The translations under genes and the position numbers were made by a program. DNA of 33,387 nucleotides from Deltaproteobacteria bacterium. Its GTDB lineage: Bacteria; Desulfobacterota; Desulfarculia; Adiutricales; Adiutricaceae. This document shows positions 9,641 to 19,106 of the stretch, one piece after another (the first letter of the stretch is position 1; every line of letters begins with the position of its first letter). The DNA lies in NCBI GenBank assembly GCA_031264015.1, contig JAISET010000169.1:1-33387 (forward strand), read 5' to 3'. Below the pieces are notes generated by a model. It worked only from the letters and a program-made list of their open reading frames with translations. It was not told the origin of the DNA and searched no databases.

Positions 9641-10312
9641 GACATGCCTGTCGCGGGACCGTGATTGCGAGACGCCCTCCCACTTCGAAAGGACGGGCGT
9701 TCTCAGGCAATTAGAATATAGGCACCGCCTGGCCTTGTGTCAAGGTCTGAGGAAAAGAAAATTTCCATTTTTTTTCAAAGGGGCGTCTTTTTCCCCGGGC
9801 GCGGGCGTCTCCGCCCCCCGGAAGAGCCAGCCTGTCGCCGCGCCGTCTCTCGCCGCCAGGCGTTCCCGCCGGGGGAGCCTCCCGGAGGCGGTCGGCGGAA
9901 GACGGGAAATTTTGCATAAAAAAAAACCCGGACTGACGAAATCCAGGGGGCTTTTATCAGGGCGGACTTTGACGAACTTCAGCGGACTTTAAGAACCGAA
10001 AATCATCGCTTTCTTCGGCGCGGACAGACCCTTTGTCCGCGGAGGATCGCCAGCGCGGTCAGGATTAAGGCCATAGTCGACTCCCGGCCAAATGTCAAGT
10101 TCGGAAGGGCGAAAATTTCAATATTTATTCATCCGAGTAGTTCCGCGCCTGTCGGCCAAAATTTCGGACGACGGCCGCGACGGCTGAGGACGGAGTCCCT
10201 GCCAAACCATATGCAGGCAGGTGGAAAGTTAAAATTTGTTTTTTTTAACTATATAGCCATACATACAATTGTTATACAATAATATCAACTGAATTTCCAA
10301 CGACGCCATCCC

Positions 10313-10575
10313 TTTTTCTCTCCCGAACAATAGTTCTCCCCAGAGATCTGTTCAACCCAGAAAATCAATTCTCCCAAGATTATTAATTCTCCCCATTAAT
10401 ATCGTTCCCCCAGGCCAGGTATTTCCCCCCGCAAATTTAGTTCTCCCAAGCAGGCTGTTTCTCCCACCAAATTGCGTTCTCCCCAGCAGGCTAACTCCCC
10501 CCTAAATTGCGTTCTCCCCAGCAGGGTAATTCTCCCCTCAAGTTACGTTCTCCCCAGCAGGGTAATTCTCCCCGC
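10313..10575. repeat. array of about 14 copies of a (A/G)TTCTCCCC motif, period about 18-19 bp, left flank of the IS1634-like gene
   Basis: Copies such as tagttctccccag, aattctcccaag, gcgttctccccagcaggc (three times) and taattctcccc, read directly. Confidence 0.8.
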
Positions 10576-11113
10576 CCCGCCTCCCCGTCGCCTGCCAGGC
10601 GTCGTCTCAATCGTTGTTTCAAGTGTCGCCGGCCCCCCGGAAAAGTCGTCCGTCCCGAGGTGACGACCGGGGGCAGCCTGGCCCGGGGCTGCCGGCTTGG
10701 ATTCCAGTTTGGGATTTCGGGCGCTGTCGCCTGGAGCCCCGAGTCTCAATTTGAAGTCAGTCTTCCGTCTGATGCCTCGAGTCGGAAACCGCGGTCGGAG
10801 ATTGCTGAAAAGGTGTGCGGACAGTCCCCGACCAGATAATTCATCCCGACAGCCGCCGCCCGGTCCGGCTCGGGGGGCTGGCTTCCAGCTGTCGGCCAGG
10901 GAGTCGAAAAAGCGGAAGTTGTTGCATTTAAAGGATTGGAGGCAGGCCGGGGTGGAAAGAAACAGGCGGCTTGAAGGGGGGAGGAGGCAGGCCGGGCTTT
11001 GGGGACGTGCCTGGGGAGGGCGGGCATGGGCGCCTGGCTTTGGGGACGGGCTTGGGGGGCCGACATTGGCTCCGACGACAACGGCAATGACAGGGAGCGG
11101 CTATTTCGAGTGG

Positions 11114-13165
11114 TCAGACAATGGATGGAGGCAAAGGAAGAGAGAAGGAACTGAAAATCTCTTTTTGAATAGCATTTGGGATGTTAACATATTCGATATT
11201 CTTATATTTAAATGATTTAAGCAAGTTTAATTCTGATAAAATATTACTTAAAGTATATTTTTTAGATATGTCAGAGTTAATATAGATTTTATAAATATGG
11301 CTGAAGATAATATTAGCCAGAAAAATAATAAAAAATGTGTTGGCATAATTAGTTTTAGCCATGTAACTAAATCTAAAAAAGCTCATATGCTTTATGAACG
11401 CATTGTTCATATCAAAAATTTGGTTTCTTATTTTATAAATGTCATAAATTTCCTGAGGGGCCTGGTCGACATTGCTCAGAATGACGAAATATCCCTCTTT
11501 GGACAAGTACTTGTCCACTTCGGCCTCGTTGATGACAACGCCCCCGTCGTCTTGAAAGAGCAGGAATCTGTCGTACTCGGTGCGCCTGACCAGGCCGAGT
11601 TTGTCTTTTTGCCTCGCCTCCCGAATTCTATTGAGGTTGGTGAAGAAGGACTGCCGTTCGTTGAGGGCGGCCATGGGGTTGAAGTAAACGTAGGCCCGGA
11701 GCAGGCGGCCGCTGTTTTCCCCCGCCTCCTCCTCCGCTTTGGTCCCGCCTCTTTCAACGCCATTTTTCTCAGTCATCCCCCATTTTTCCTCCGCCATTCT
11801 CAATTTTTCCTCTGTTGCCAGCCATTTTTCCGTTCCTGTCTCCTCTTTTCTTTCCGCGTCCTCGCCGCCGCCTGACTTGGATAAATCCGCGGGCCGGCCG
11901 GCCTCCAGGTCGTAGACGATCTTGAGCCCCCGGACAGTCTCGCCTGCGGAGCCGGTGGCGATGTAGTTGGAGGCGCTGTCTATGGAGCCGGAGGCAGATT
12001 TGATGATGTCCAAAACCAGCCGGTCGGCCGCGGGCGCGCGCAGGGCGAAATTGACTTTGTTTTCATCCAGCAGTTCTTTGAGGAAATTTAAAGAGTAAAA
12101 ATCCTCGGTTAAAAAGATGTCGGCGTTCCGGCAGTCGAAGTCTTTCTCCAGCATGCCGCGCACGTCCGCAAGCACCTGCCCGTAGGTCCGCTTCTCGTCG
12201 ACAAAATGCTGGCAGACGGGCAGCAGGGAGTCCCGTCCGTAGAGGGTGACAATGTTGCCTTTGCCGACTTGATTGGCGGACTGGCCGGCCTCGGCAAACC
12301 TGCCCAACTCGGCGCTCTGCCTGAGAATGGACTTTGTCTCCGTCAGGACGAAATCGCTTTCGTTGTGGCGTCGGTTCCAATTTTTAAAGAAAGATTCTCT
12401 TTTTATGGGAAGAATATTGTTGATAAGAGAAGTCAGCTTGGTAAATGAAAATAAATTTCTGTTTATGTCGGTGTTGTCTTCCAGCCAGTAGCCAATCTCT
12501 TCCAGCTGTTTGTTGGTTGACAGTAGAAAAAATAGGAAATTATTGATAAATTCATAGTTAAAGCTAAAAATATCCTTTAAATTTGATTCTATATCCAACT
12601 GTCTGACTATTTGAGAAAAGAAATATTGCACGCCAAAATGCCTGAACCCGCCCGCCTCCATGGGGTTGAACTTGGCGGAGGATCTCGCCGGCCCCGCGGC
12701 CTCGCCCCCGGTAACAATCCTCTCCGGCGCCCGGACCGCCCGCCCCGAAGTCGGCGCCGCCTGCCCTGAAGCCCGGACCGCCCGGCCGGAGGCGCGGTCC
12801 CCCCGGACGTCCGGGGCGCCCGCGGCGGCAAATGTCCGGCAGCCGTCAACCTCCCCGGCCGGCCCATCCGGCGCGCCCGGACGGGCGGACCCCGGCCGCT
12901 CGCTTGTCTTCCCCGCCTCCCCCCCCTCCTCCGTCTTTCCAGGCAGAGGGTAGATCCGCCCTTGAATTTTGACGGAGACGGCGGAGGTCGTCTCCAAAAA
13001 CGACCTCTTGAAGACCAGGTCGCCGGTGGCCGGGTCAACCTTGCCGATGTAGAACTTCGTGTTCTTGTTGGACTTGCTGGTCGGGTCGTAGTTGGAGACG
13101 GACTCGACGATGTAGGTGAAGCCCTTCTTATTCACGAACATGTACGACTTGGAAGCCACGACCAC
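11114..13165 (-). CDS. IS1634-family (IS4 superfamily) DDE transposase, apparently intact. The true start may be the MFVNKK methionine at 13141.
   Basis: N-terminus MFVNKKGFTYIVESVSNYDPTSKSNKNTKFYIGKV resembles the IS1634-family N-terminus (MF..KK...Y..VES). C-terminal GYFVILSNV and YDIYKIRNQIFDMNNAFIKHM resemble the IS4-type Y-x2-R-x3-E-x6-K region, though F replaces E and the spacing is off by one. The low-GC gene body contains GC-rich in-frame inserts. Confidence 0.6.
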   Translation of the reverse strand: MVVASKSYMFVNKKGFTYIVESVSNYDPTSKSNKNTKFYIGKVDPATGDLVFKRSFLETTSAVSVKIQGRIYPLPGKTEEGGEAGKTSERPGSARPGAPDGPAGEVDGCRTFAAAGAPDVRGDRASGRAVRASGQAAPTSGRAVRAPERIVTGGEAAGPARSSAKFNPMEAGGFRHFGVQYFFSQIVRQLDIESNLKDIFSFNYEFINNFLFFLLSTNKQLEEIGYWLEDNTDINRNLFSFTKLTSLINNILPIKRESFFKNWNRRHNESDFVLTETKSILRQSAELGRFAEAGQSANQVGKGNIVTLYGRDSLLPVCQHFVDEKRTYGQVLADVRGMLEKDFDCRNADIFLTEDFYSLNFLKELLDENKVNFALRAPAADRLVLDIIKSASGSIDSASNYIATGSAGETVRGLKIVYDLEAGRPADLSKSGGGEDAERKEETGTEKWLATEEKLRMAEEKWGMTEKNGVERGGTKAEEEAGENSGRLLRAYVYFNPMAALNERQSFFTNLNRIREARQKDKLGLVRRTEYDRFLLFQDDGGVVINEAEVDKYLSKEGYFVILSNVDQAPQEIYDIYKIRNQIFDMNNAFIKHMSFFRFSYMAKTNYANTFFIIFLANIIFSHIYKIYINSDISKKYTLSNILSELNLLKSFKYKNIEYVNIPNAIQKEIFSSFSLPLPPSIV

Positions 13166-13205
13166 CGTCCTCTCGACCCGACGCCCGGGGGCGAGGCCGA
13201 CATAA

Positions 13206-13547
13206 TGGGAGAACTAACCCGGGGGAGCCAGGCCCCCGTGATTGGGCGAACTACCCTTGGGAGAACCAAGCCCGCCTAAAGGGGGAACCGACGCGGAAGA
13301 ACGCCCGGGGGAGAACAAGTTTGACTGAGGGGAGAACCGACCTGGGTTCTCCCTGCAGGCCCGGCAATGAGAAAGGCGAAATCCGGGCGCGCAAGGCTCG
13401 AAATTGGGATCATTATACTCCGATGAAGACAAAAAGAACAGTTTGTTAAACGAAAGAACAGTTTTTCAGGTGATTTTCCCAACGATTTTCAAGCCGCCGA
13501 TCAAGTTCTCCCTAGAATGGAGAACCACGACTTCTGGGGAGAAACAT
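13206..13547. repeat. array of about 10 copies of a GGGAGAAC motif, in inverted orientation relative to the left array, with one palindromic pair GTTCTCCCTAGAATGGAGAAC. Right flank of the IS1634-like gene.
   Basis: Copies gggagaactaaccc, gggcgaactaccc, gggagaaccaagcc, ggggagaacaag, ggggagaaccgacc, gggttctccctgcagg, gttctccctagaatggagaacc and ggggagaaacattt, read directly. Confidence 0.8.
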
Positions 13548-13955
13548 TTCCACCCATCCAGATCGTGGCTGAAAGCAAAGACTTTTTAGCTATTATCATA
13601 ACAAAAATTCAAAAATGCATAATTTTACTTCGCAATTATGCCGATCCTGACCAGCCGGTTTTTGGCGCCGGGAGCAATCTGACCCGGGGCATAAAAAAAA
13701 GGGAGAAAAAGTTCTCCTTTTAAAAAATTCCACCCATAAATTTCCACCCACAATTTCTCCCCGTCTTTCGTCGGCGTCTTCGTCGGGAGATAAATAGAAA
13801 TAATTGTGGCGATTTACCATATAGCTATATCCTGGATGCAATTATCTCGTATATAAAACTCCGTCAAAATTACCTTGAAAAAGCCCCGCGGCCGCAGGTC
13901 TGCCACCGGCCGGCCGCGGGTCTGCCGTCGGCCGGCCCGTCTAAATCACCGACCC

Positions 13956-16106
13956 TCAGCCGGTTATCTCGGCGGCCGCCTCCACGAGGGGGCCGACCTG
14001 CTCGAGGACGCTTCTGAACAGCTCGGGCTGTTGTATTTTGGGCATTTCCTGGAAAACCTGGCCCTGGGCGTAGTTGGCCTGGTTGCTGGCGTAGTCGTCG
14101 ACCCTGGCCCTGCTTTTGACCGAGCCGTCGGGATAATACTCCACGACCATCCCCGACTCCCGGCCGGCGACATATTCGGCGGACCTGAGCAGCTTGCCGT
14201 TGTCGTCCAGCTCCAAAACCGTCCCCTGGATCGTCCCGCGGCTCAGGGGGAGCAGCCGGCTGACCCTCTGGCTCCCGCCGTCCAAGGGCGGGTGGAGCTC
14301 CAGGGCCAGGCCCTCGGGCTCGCCGTTCCGGTAGTTGATCACCTTGGTCAGGCTCATGTCTTGGTCGAAGTAAAGCCTCGGCCCCTCGGGCGCGCCGCCC
14401 CGGAAGGCGGTGAGGGTGCTGAGAAGTCTTTTCCCTCCCGGACCCCGCCGCGGCTCGTAGACCAGGCCGTCCGCCGGCCGGCCCGCGGGCGTCCGGCAGA
14501 CGACGGGGGAGCCGCCGCACCTGAGGTCCGCCAGGTCGTAGACCGCCCGCCCGGAGATCACGGCCGGGACCGCCGGGGAGCCGGAAGACCCGCCCCCGGT
14601 CGAAGTCCCCGCCCCGCCGCCGTCAGCTTGGGACGACGGGGACGAGGACGCTGACGACGATGGCGACGAGGACGCTGACGACGAGCGTGACGAGGACGCT
14701 GACGACGAGCGCGACGAGGATGCTGACGACGAGGGCGACGAGGACGCTGACGACGAGGGCGACGACGGGACGGACGGGGCCGCCGGGGGCGAGGAGACGC
14801 CCGCCGACCGGGACGGTGGCCGGGAGAGGGACCGCGTGAAATTTCGGAAGTCGAAGCCGAAGGCCATGACGATGACGGAGACGACGGTGACGACGAGAAA
14901 CTTCAGGCGGTCGGACTCGGTCCTGGCCAGAAACGGTCTGACCGGCGGCTGGCTGTCGGCCAGCAGCTTGGCCCGCTCGACCTCCGGCAGGGGGTTGCTG
15001 CCGTCGGTGATCTCGAGTTTCTTGGCGGCCAGGCTGGCCCCGCGCTTTAATCTGGAAAAACTGGAGATGCTCCTGGAGCGGAGCATCCCGAACAGGAGGG
15101 CGATGATCCCCGAGGCGGCCAGGGGGATCAGGGTGTCGGAGAAGTCCAACAAATTCCCGTAGACGCCCAGGCAGGCGAGGCCGAAGACCATGGCGACGAA
15201 GAGAAGCGGCAGGTAGCCCCTGGTCTTCATTTTCTGGCGGCCGGCGTCCACCGGCATGGGGTCGGCCAGATGGGCCCCCAGGGCCACGCCCTCGGCGAGG
15301 ATCTTGTACTCGGAGCCGCCGTAGCTGAAGACGAAACGGCCCAGGGGCAGGAAGCCCGCCTTGACCGGGGTGGAGAAGGTGACGTCGGCGTCGGCGGCCC
15401 AGTCGCGCTGGCGGTCGCCCTTGGCGTGCTGGCGGGCGGCCTGGATGGCGTCCTGCTTGGCGACCAGCCCCAGGATGTACGAGGTGGCCCCCTTGGCGTC
15501 CTGATTGAAGTCCAGGGGGGCGTAGCCGGTCATCAGGACCTGGTCGTAGGGGACGGCCCCCTGGGAGGGGATGCGGCCCTCCACCAGGGCCACCGCCTTC
15601 GGGGGCAGCTGGTCGGAGCCGGCGGCGCAGCAGACGCGCCTGAAGGACCCGCTGGCCGTGCCGCTGGCCGGGCGCCAGTCGGTCACGGTGCGGTACCTGG
15701 TCACCGGCCTGGAGCGGGAGTTGCCGCGGGAGTCGGTGTAGTTCTCGTACTCGGTGTAGGCCTCCTGCCGGTCGAAGCCGAAGGAGGCCGACCAGCGGCT
15801 GACGAACGTCCCCTCCCCCAGAAAGCACGGGACGTAGACGAAGGTCTCCTCCTCGACCTGGCTGGCGTCCAGGATGTCGTCGGGGACCGTCTCGGGCTTG
15901 ACCATCAGGGTGTGGGCCATGGCGCGCAGCTCGGCCTGGCTGACCGCCGCGGGCACGATGAACTCGATCTTGAGCTCGGCCTCGGCCGTCGGCTTTAACA
16001 GGGAGACCGCGGAGCCGCAATATTGGCAGGTGGCGGTCAGCAAGCCGGGGGTCAGCTCGACGTCCGCCCCGCAGCTCTGGCAGACGATGTGGGTCAGCGC
16101 TTCCAT
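13956..16106 (-). CDS. 716-aa multidomain protein: N-terminal C4 zinc ribbon, about 270-aa globular region, three TM helices, Ser-rich tandem-repeat linker, C-terminal MORN-like (YwqK-type) repeats. Third gene of the operon.
   Basis: CQSCG...CQYCG at the N-terminus. TM segments YLPLLFVAMVFGLACLGVY, LIPLAASGIIALLFGML and FLVVTVVSVIVMAFGF. Linker SSSASSSP repeated about 5.5 times. C-terminal NYRNGEPEG...LDDNGKLLRSAEYVAGRESGMVVEYYPDGSVKS. Hairpin-plus-T-run terminator candidate on the minus strand at about 13870-13925. Confidence 0.75.
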   Translation of the reverse strand: MEALTHIVCQSCGADVELTPGLLTATCQYCGSAVSLLKPTAEAELKIEFIVPAAVSQAELRAMAHTLMVKPETVPDDILDASQVEEETFVYVPCFLGEGTFVSRWSASFGFDRQEAYTEYENYTDSRGNSRSRPVTRYRTVTDWRPASGTASGSFRRVCCAAGSDQLPPKAVALVEGRIPSQGAVPYDQVLMTGYAPLDFNQDAKGATSYILGLVAKQDAIQAARQHAKGDRQRDWAADADVTFSTPVKAGFLPLGRFVFSYGGSEYKILAEGVALGAHLADPMPVDAGRQKMKTRGYLPLLFVAMVFGLACLGVYGNLLDFSDTLIPLAASGIIALLFGMLRSRSISSFSRLKRGASLAAKKLEITDGSNPLPEVERAKLLADSQPPVRPFLARTESDRLKFLVVTVVSVIVMAFGFDFRNFTRSLSRPPSRSAGVSSPPAAPSVPSSPSSSASSSPSSSASSSRSSSASSSRSSSASSSPSSSASSSPSSQADGGGAGTSTGGGSSGSPAVPAVISGRAVYDLADLRCGGSPVVCRTPAGRPADGLVYEPRRGPGGKRLLSTLTAFRGGAPEGPRLYFDQDMSLTKVINYRNGEPEGLALELHPPLDGGSQRVSRLLPLSRGTIQGTVLELDDNGKLLRSAEYVAGRESGMVVEYYPDGSVKSRARVDDYASNQANYAQGQVFQEMPKIQQPELFRSVLEQVGPLVEAAAEITG
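14641..14768. repeat. 24-bp tandem repeat (about 5.5 copies; gacgaggacgctgacgacgagNNN) encoding SSSASSSP units inside the 716-aa gene
   Basis: Direct reading of near-identical 24-mers. The third-position variation is silent or conservative (P/R). Confidence 0.85.
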
Positions 16107-16211
16107 AAATTTTTCATCATATGTTGTTTTCCGTCAGGTATAGCGTCTCGTCCCGTCAGGCGCGTCGTCAGGCGTCCCGTCAGGCGCGGCCGGGTCGAAA
16201 CGCCCGGCCGG

Positions 16212-16919
16212 TCAGAACCCGCCCCTCTGGCTGTCGCCGGCCTCCCTGCGCCTGACCTGGGCCAGGGAGAGCATCTCGTCGAGGAGGGTCTCGGCGTCGG
16301 CGGCGGAGTCGCCCCCGGCGGAGGAAAACATCCGCTCCAGCTGGGCGGCCTTCCGGACCAGGACGCCGTCCGAGGAGGCGCTGGCCTTGCGGTCGAAGAA
16401 GCGCACCTCCTCGCAGAGTTTCTTGAGCTTTTCGGTCTGCCCCGGGCTCAGTTTGGCCAGCTTGAGGACGCTGTCGAGCCGGCCCAGCAGCTCGATCGGG
16501 GCGGCGATCTTGGCCGCGGTCGCCGCGTCGACGGCCGAGACGCCCCTGGAGGAAACGTAGAAGACGATCTCCAGGCTGACCAGGAGGGCGAAGGCCACCA
16601 GCTCCCAGGGGACCAGCCAGTTGAGGCTGACGGCCAGCCCGGCGGCGTGGACCACGGCCATGGGCAAAGCCAGCAGCAAATACAACCCCAGGACCACGTA
16701 GGAGCCCATGCGGAACAGGGGGCCGGTGCCCGGGGGGGCCAGGTCCTGGACGGCCAGGCCGACGACGACCGCGGTCTCGGAGAGAAGCAGGAAGACCAGG
16801 CCCAGCCATTGGACGTTGGTGCGCTCCCCGGTCAGGATCAGGAAGATGGCCAGGGAGACCAGGATCCAGACGGCGCCGATGACGAGGACGACCTTGAGGC
16901 GCGGGCTGACTTTTTCCAT
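16212..16919 (-). CDS. integral membrane protein (4 predicted TM helices plus a cytoplasmic helical C-terminus), function unknown. Middle gene of the operon.
   Basis: Hydrophobic segments VVLVIGAVWILVSLAIFLIL, WLGLVFLLLSETAVVVGLAV, VVLGLYLLLALPMAVVHAAGLAV and LVAFALLVSLEIVFYV. The region is GC-rich and GC3-skewed. It lies 93 bp after the gene in front of it on the minus strand. Confidence 0.6.
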   Translation of the reverse strand: MEKVSPRLKVVLVIGAVWILVSLAIFLILTGERTNVQWLGLVFLLLSETAVVVGLAVQDLAPPGTGPLFRMGSYVVLGLYLLLALPMAVVHAAGLAVSLNWLVPWELVAFALLVSLEIVFYVSSRGVSAVDAATAAKIAAPIELLGRLDSVLKLAKLSPGQTEKLKKLCEEVRFFDRKASASSDGVLVRKAAQLERMFSSAGGDSAADAETLLDEMLSLAQVRRREAGDSQRGGF

Positions 16920-17027
16920 GTCGCTTGTCCTTCCGGGCGGCCGGGCTGCCGGCCGGGTTGTCTGCCGGCCCGTGCGGCCGGGGAATTCGGGCGGGGGCGT
17001 CCGGGCCGGGGGACCCGCCCCCGCGGC

Positions 17028-18326
17028 TCAGAGCCTGGTCCCGCAGGAGGGGCAGAACTGGGAGGCCCCCGGCTGCTCCAGCCCGCAGGAGGGGCATTTC
17101 TTGGTCAGGGCGCCGCCGCAGGAGGGGCAGAACTTGGAGCCCGGGGGGACCTTCTGGCCGCACAGGGGGCAGGGCTGGGGCAGTTTCGCCCCGCATTTGG
17201 GGCAGACGGCCGTCCCCTGGGGCAGGTCCTCCCCGCAGCTCGGGCAGGGGTTGTAGGGGTCGCCGCAGTTGGGGCAGAACTGGGAGGTCTTGGCGAACAT
17301 CGTCCCGCACTTGTCGCACTTGACCGTGTCGGGGGCCTGCTGCCGGCCTCCTCCCGCCTGGGGGAGCGGCTTGCCGCAGTCCGGGCAGAAGCGCCTGCCC
17401 TCGGGGACCATGGCCTGGCAGCCGGGGCAGCGGACGGAGCCCGCCGCGGAGAGGTTCTGGGCCATCCCCCCGAACTGGGCGCCCATGGGCCCGCCCAGGC
17501 CCAGGCCCATGCCCAGGCCGAGGCCGGCCCCCATCACGCCCGCCTGGCCGGAGCCGGGGTTGGTGGCGGCCCCCTCCAGGGTGTCGAAGGTGCGCTCCTG
17601 CTGGTAGTTGTAGCCGATGATGTCCATCTCGGCCTTCTTGGCCAGGGCGGCCTTGAGCTGGACCACGGCCGGGTCGTTCTCGGGGACGCTGACGTCGTTG
17701 ATGTAAAAGTTGACCAGCTCGATGCCGTACTCCGCCATGACGGGCTTGACCCGGTCCTTGACGTGGTCGGCCAGCTCCTCGAGATAGGCGTTGATCTCCA
17801 GGACGCCGATTTTCTTGTGGACCAGGTAGCCGGCCAGGGAGTCCTTGACCTTGTTCAGATACAGGCCCTTGAAATAGCGGGTCAGGGTCTCCTGGTCGAA
17901 GACGGGGACCGTCCCCACGAGTTTGATCAGGAATTTCGACGAGTTGTCGATTCTGATCCCGAACTGCCCGAAGGTGCGCACCGGGACCATGATGCCGAAC
18001 TTGGGGTCCTGCAGCTGGATGGGCGACGGGGTCCCCCACTTGATGTCCAGGGAGTTGGTCTTGTTGACGAACCAGACCTCGGCGGCGAAGGGCGACCTGC
18101 CCCCGAAGGGCAGCTTGAAGAGGGCCGAGAGCAGCGGGATGTTGGCCGTCTCCAGGGTGTGCCTGCCGGGCCCGAGGACGTCCAGGGCCTGGCCGCCCTT
18201 GAAGAAGACGGCCTCCTGGGACTCGTTGACGACGAGCTGGCTCCAGGTGGCCAGCTCCTCGTTGGGAAACTTCCAGGCGAAGACGCTGTTGGGGCCGCTG
18301 TATTTGACTACGTCGATTATGGCCAT
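17028..18326 (-). CDS. SPFH/Band-7-like protein of the YdjI type with a Gly/Met-rich linker and five tandem C-terminal zinc-ribbon (CxxC-x9-12-CxxC) modules. First gene of the operon.
   Basis: N-terminus MAIIDVVKYSGPNSVFAWKFPNEELATWSQLVVNESQEAVFFKGGQALDVLGPGRHTLETANIPLL closely resembles B. subtilis YdjI-type SPFH proteins. GGAGAG RBS 3 nt upstream of the ATG at 18326. C-terminal CPGCQ..CPDCG, CDKCG..CPNCG, CPSCG..CPKCG, CPLCG..CPSCG and CPSCG..CPSCG. Confidence 0.8.
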   Translation of the reverse strand: MAIIDVVKYSGPNSVFAWKFPNEELATWSQLVVNESQEAVFFKGGQALDVLGPGRHTLETANIPLLSALFKLPFGGRSPFAAEVWFVNKTNSLDIKWGTPSPIQLQDPKFGIMVPVRTFGQFGIRIDNSSKFLIKLVGTVPVFDQETLTRYFKGLYLNKVKDSLAGYLVHKKIGVLEINAYLEELADHVKDRVKPVMAEYGIELVNFYINDVSVPENDPAVVQLKAALAKKAEMDIIGYNYQQERTFDTLEGAATNPGSGQAGVMGAGLGLGMGLGLGGPMGAQFGGMAQNLSAAGSVRCPGCQAMVPEGRRFCPDCGKPLPQAGGGRQQAPDTVKCDKCGTMFAKTSQFCPNCGDPYNPCPSCGEDLPQGTAVCPKCGAKLPQPCPLCGQKVPPGSKFCPSCGGALTKKCPSCGLEQPGASQFCPSCGTRL

Positions 18327-19106
18327 GAGATGACTCTCCGGTGCCTGAGCCGCGGGACGAAAAAAAAGAACATGACCGCCGGGCGGCCGGCGCCCGCGGG
18401 CGGCTGGCTGGTGCAACGGGCGGGCGGCTGGGGCAGTGTCAGGCGTATTCTAGCCCCGGCCCGGGTTTTATTCAAGATCCGGCGGCCTCCCCCCCCGGGA
18501 CGAAAGGGTCGGAAAGCGCCAAAAAACGGCGGGCCGCGGGTCAGGCCCGGGCGCCGGCCGGCGGGAGCCCCCCCGGCGGCGCGTCGGCCGGGGCGGCGTT
18601 TCGGGAGACGCCCGGGGAGATGAAGGCGTCGTCGGCCATATTTGAAGAGACTAAACGCGGCGACGGGGAAAGAACAAGCCGTCCTTTCGACGACAGGAAA
18701 GACGCGTCTGTCGCCGCGACATGCGGCGCGCCGTCAATTTCCGTCCGGGCGACGCCCTCCCGGCCCTCCGGACCTGAGGGCGCCGGCTTCCGGTCGGGCC
18801 CGACGCGGTCGAATTCGCCTATGTCCGCGCGGGCCGCGGCGAGCGCCGCCTTTTCTTCCTGGTCGAAGCCTGCGGCCGTCGCCGGCGGGGCCGTGACGGA
18901 CATGACGGCCGGAACAAACATCGGCGACGCCGCCGGCCTCGCGAGTCCGGGGCGGGCTGGGCGCCGGCCGGCCGCGACGACATGGTCGGGGTCTTTCCGA
19001 CTAATATTCCGGCGGGTTGTTGGCGGCGCTCCGACAGTTGGACGGACGAACCGAAGCAAGATTTCAAAAAGACGCTCCCCCCGGCGTCGCGCGACGCCGC
19101 CGCGCC

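Noticed and set aside
9640-10300. Possible small RNA or terminator hairpins (e.g. cccggactgacgaaatccaggggg and gcggacagaccctttgtccgc) in the phzF-IS intergenic region
   Set aside because: Stems are short or imperfect and lack clear flanking U-runs. Nothing beyond generic GC-rich secondary structure.
10313-10575. Possible CRISPR array (short repeats with regular spacing)
   Set aside because: The repeat core is only about 9 bp, with spacers of about 9-10 bp and degenerate copies. The same applies to the 11-bp arrays. The geometry is incompatible with CRISPR (repeats 24-48 bp, spacers 26-72 bp).
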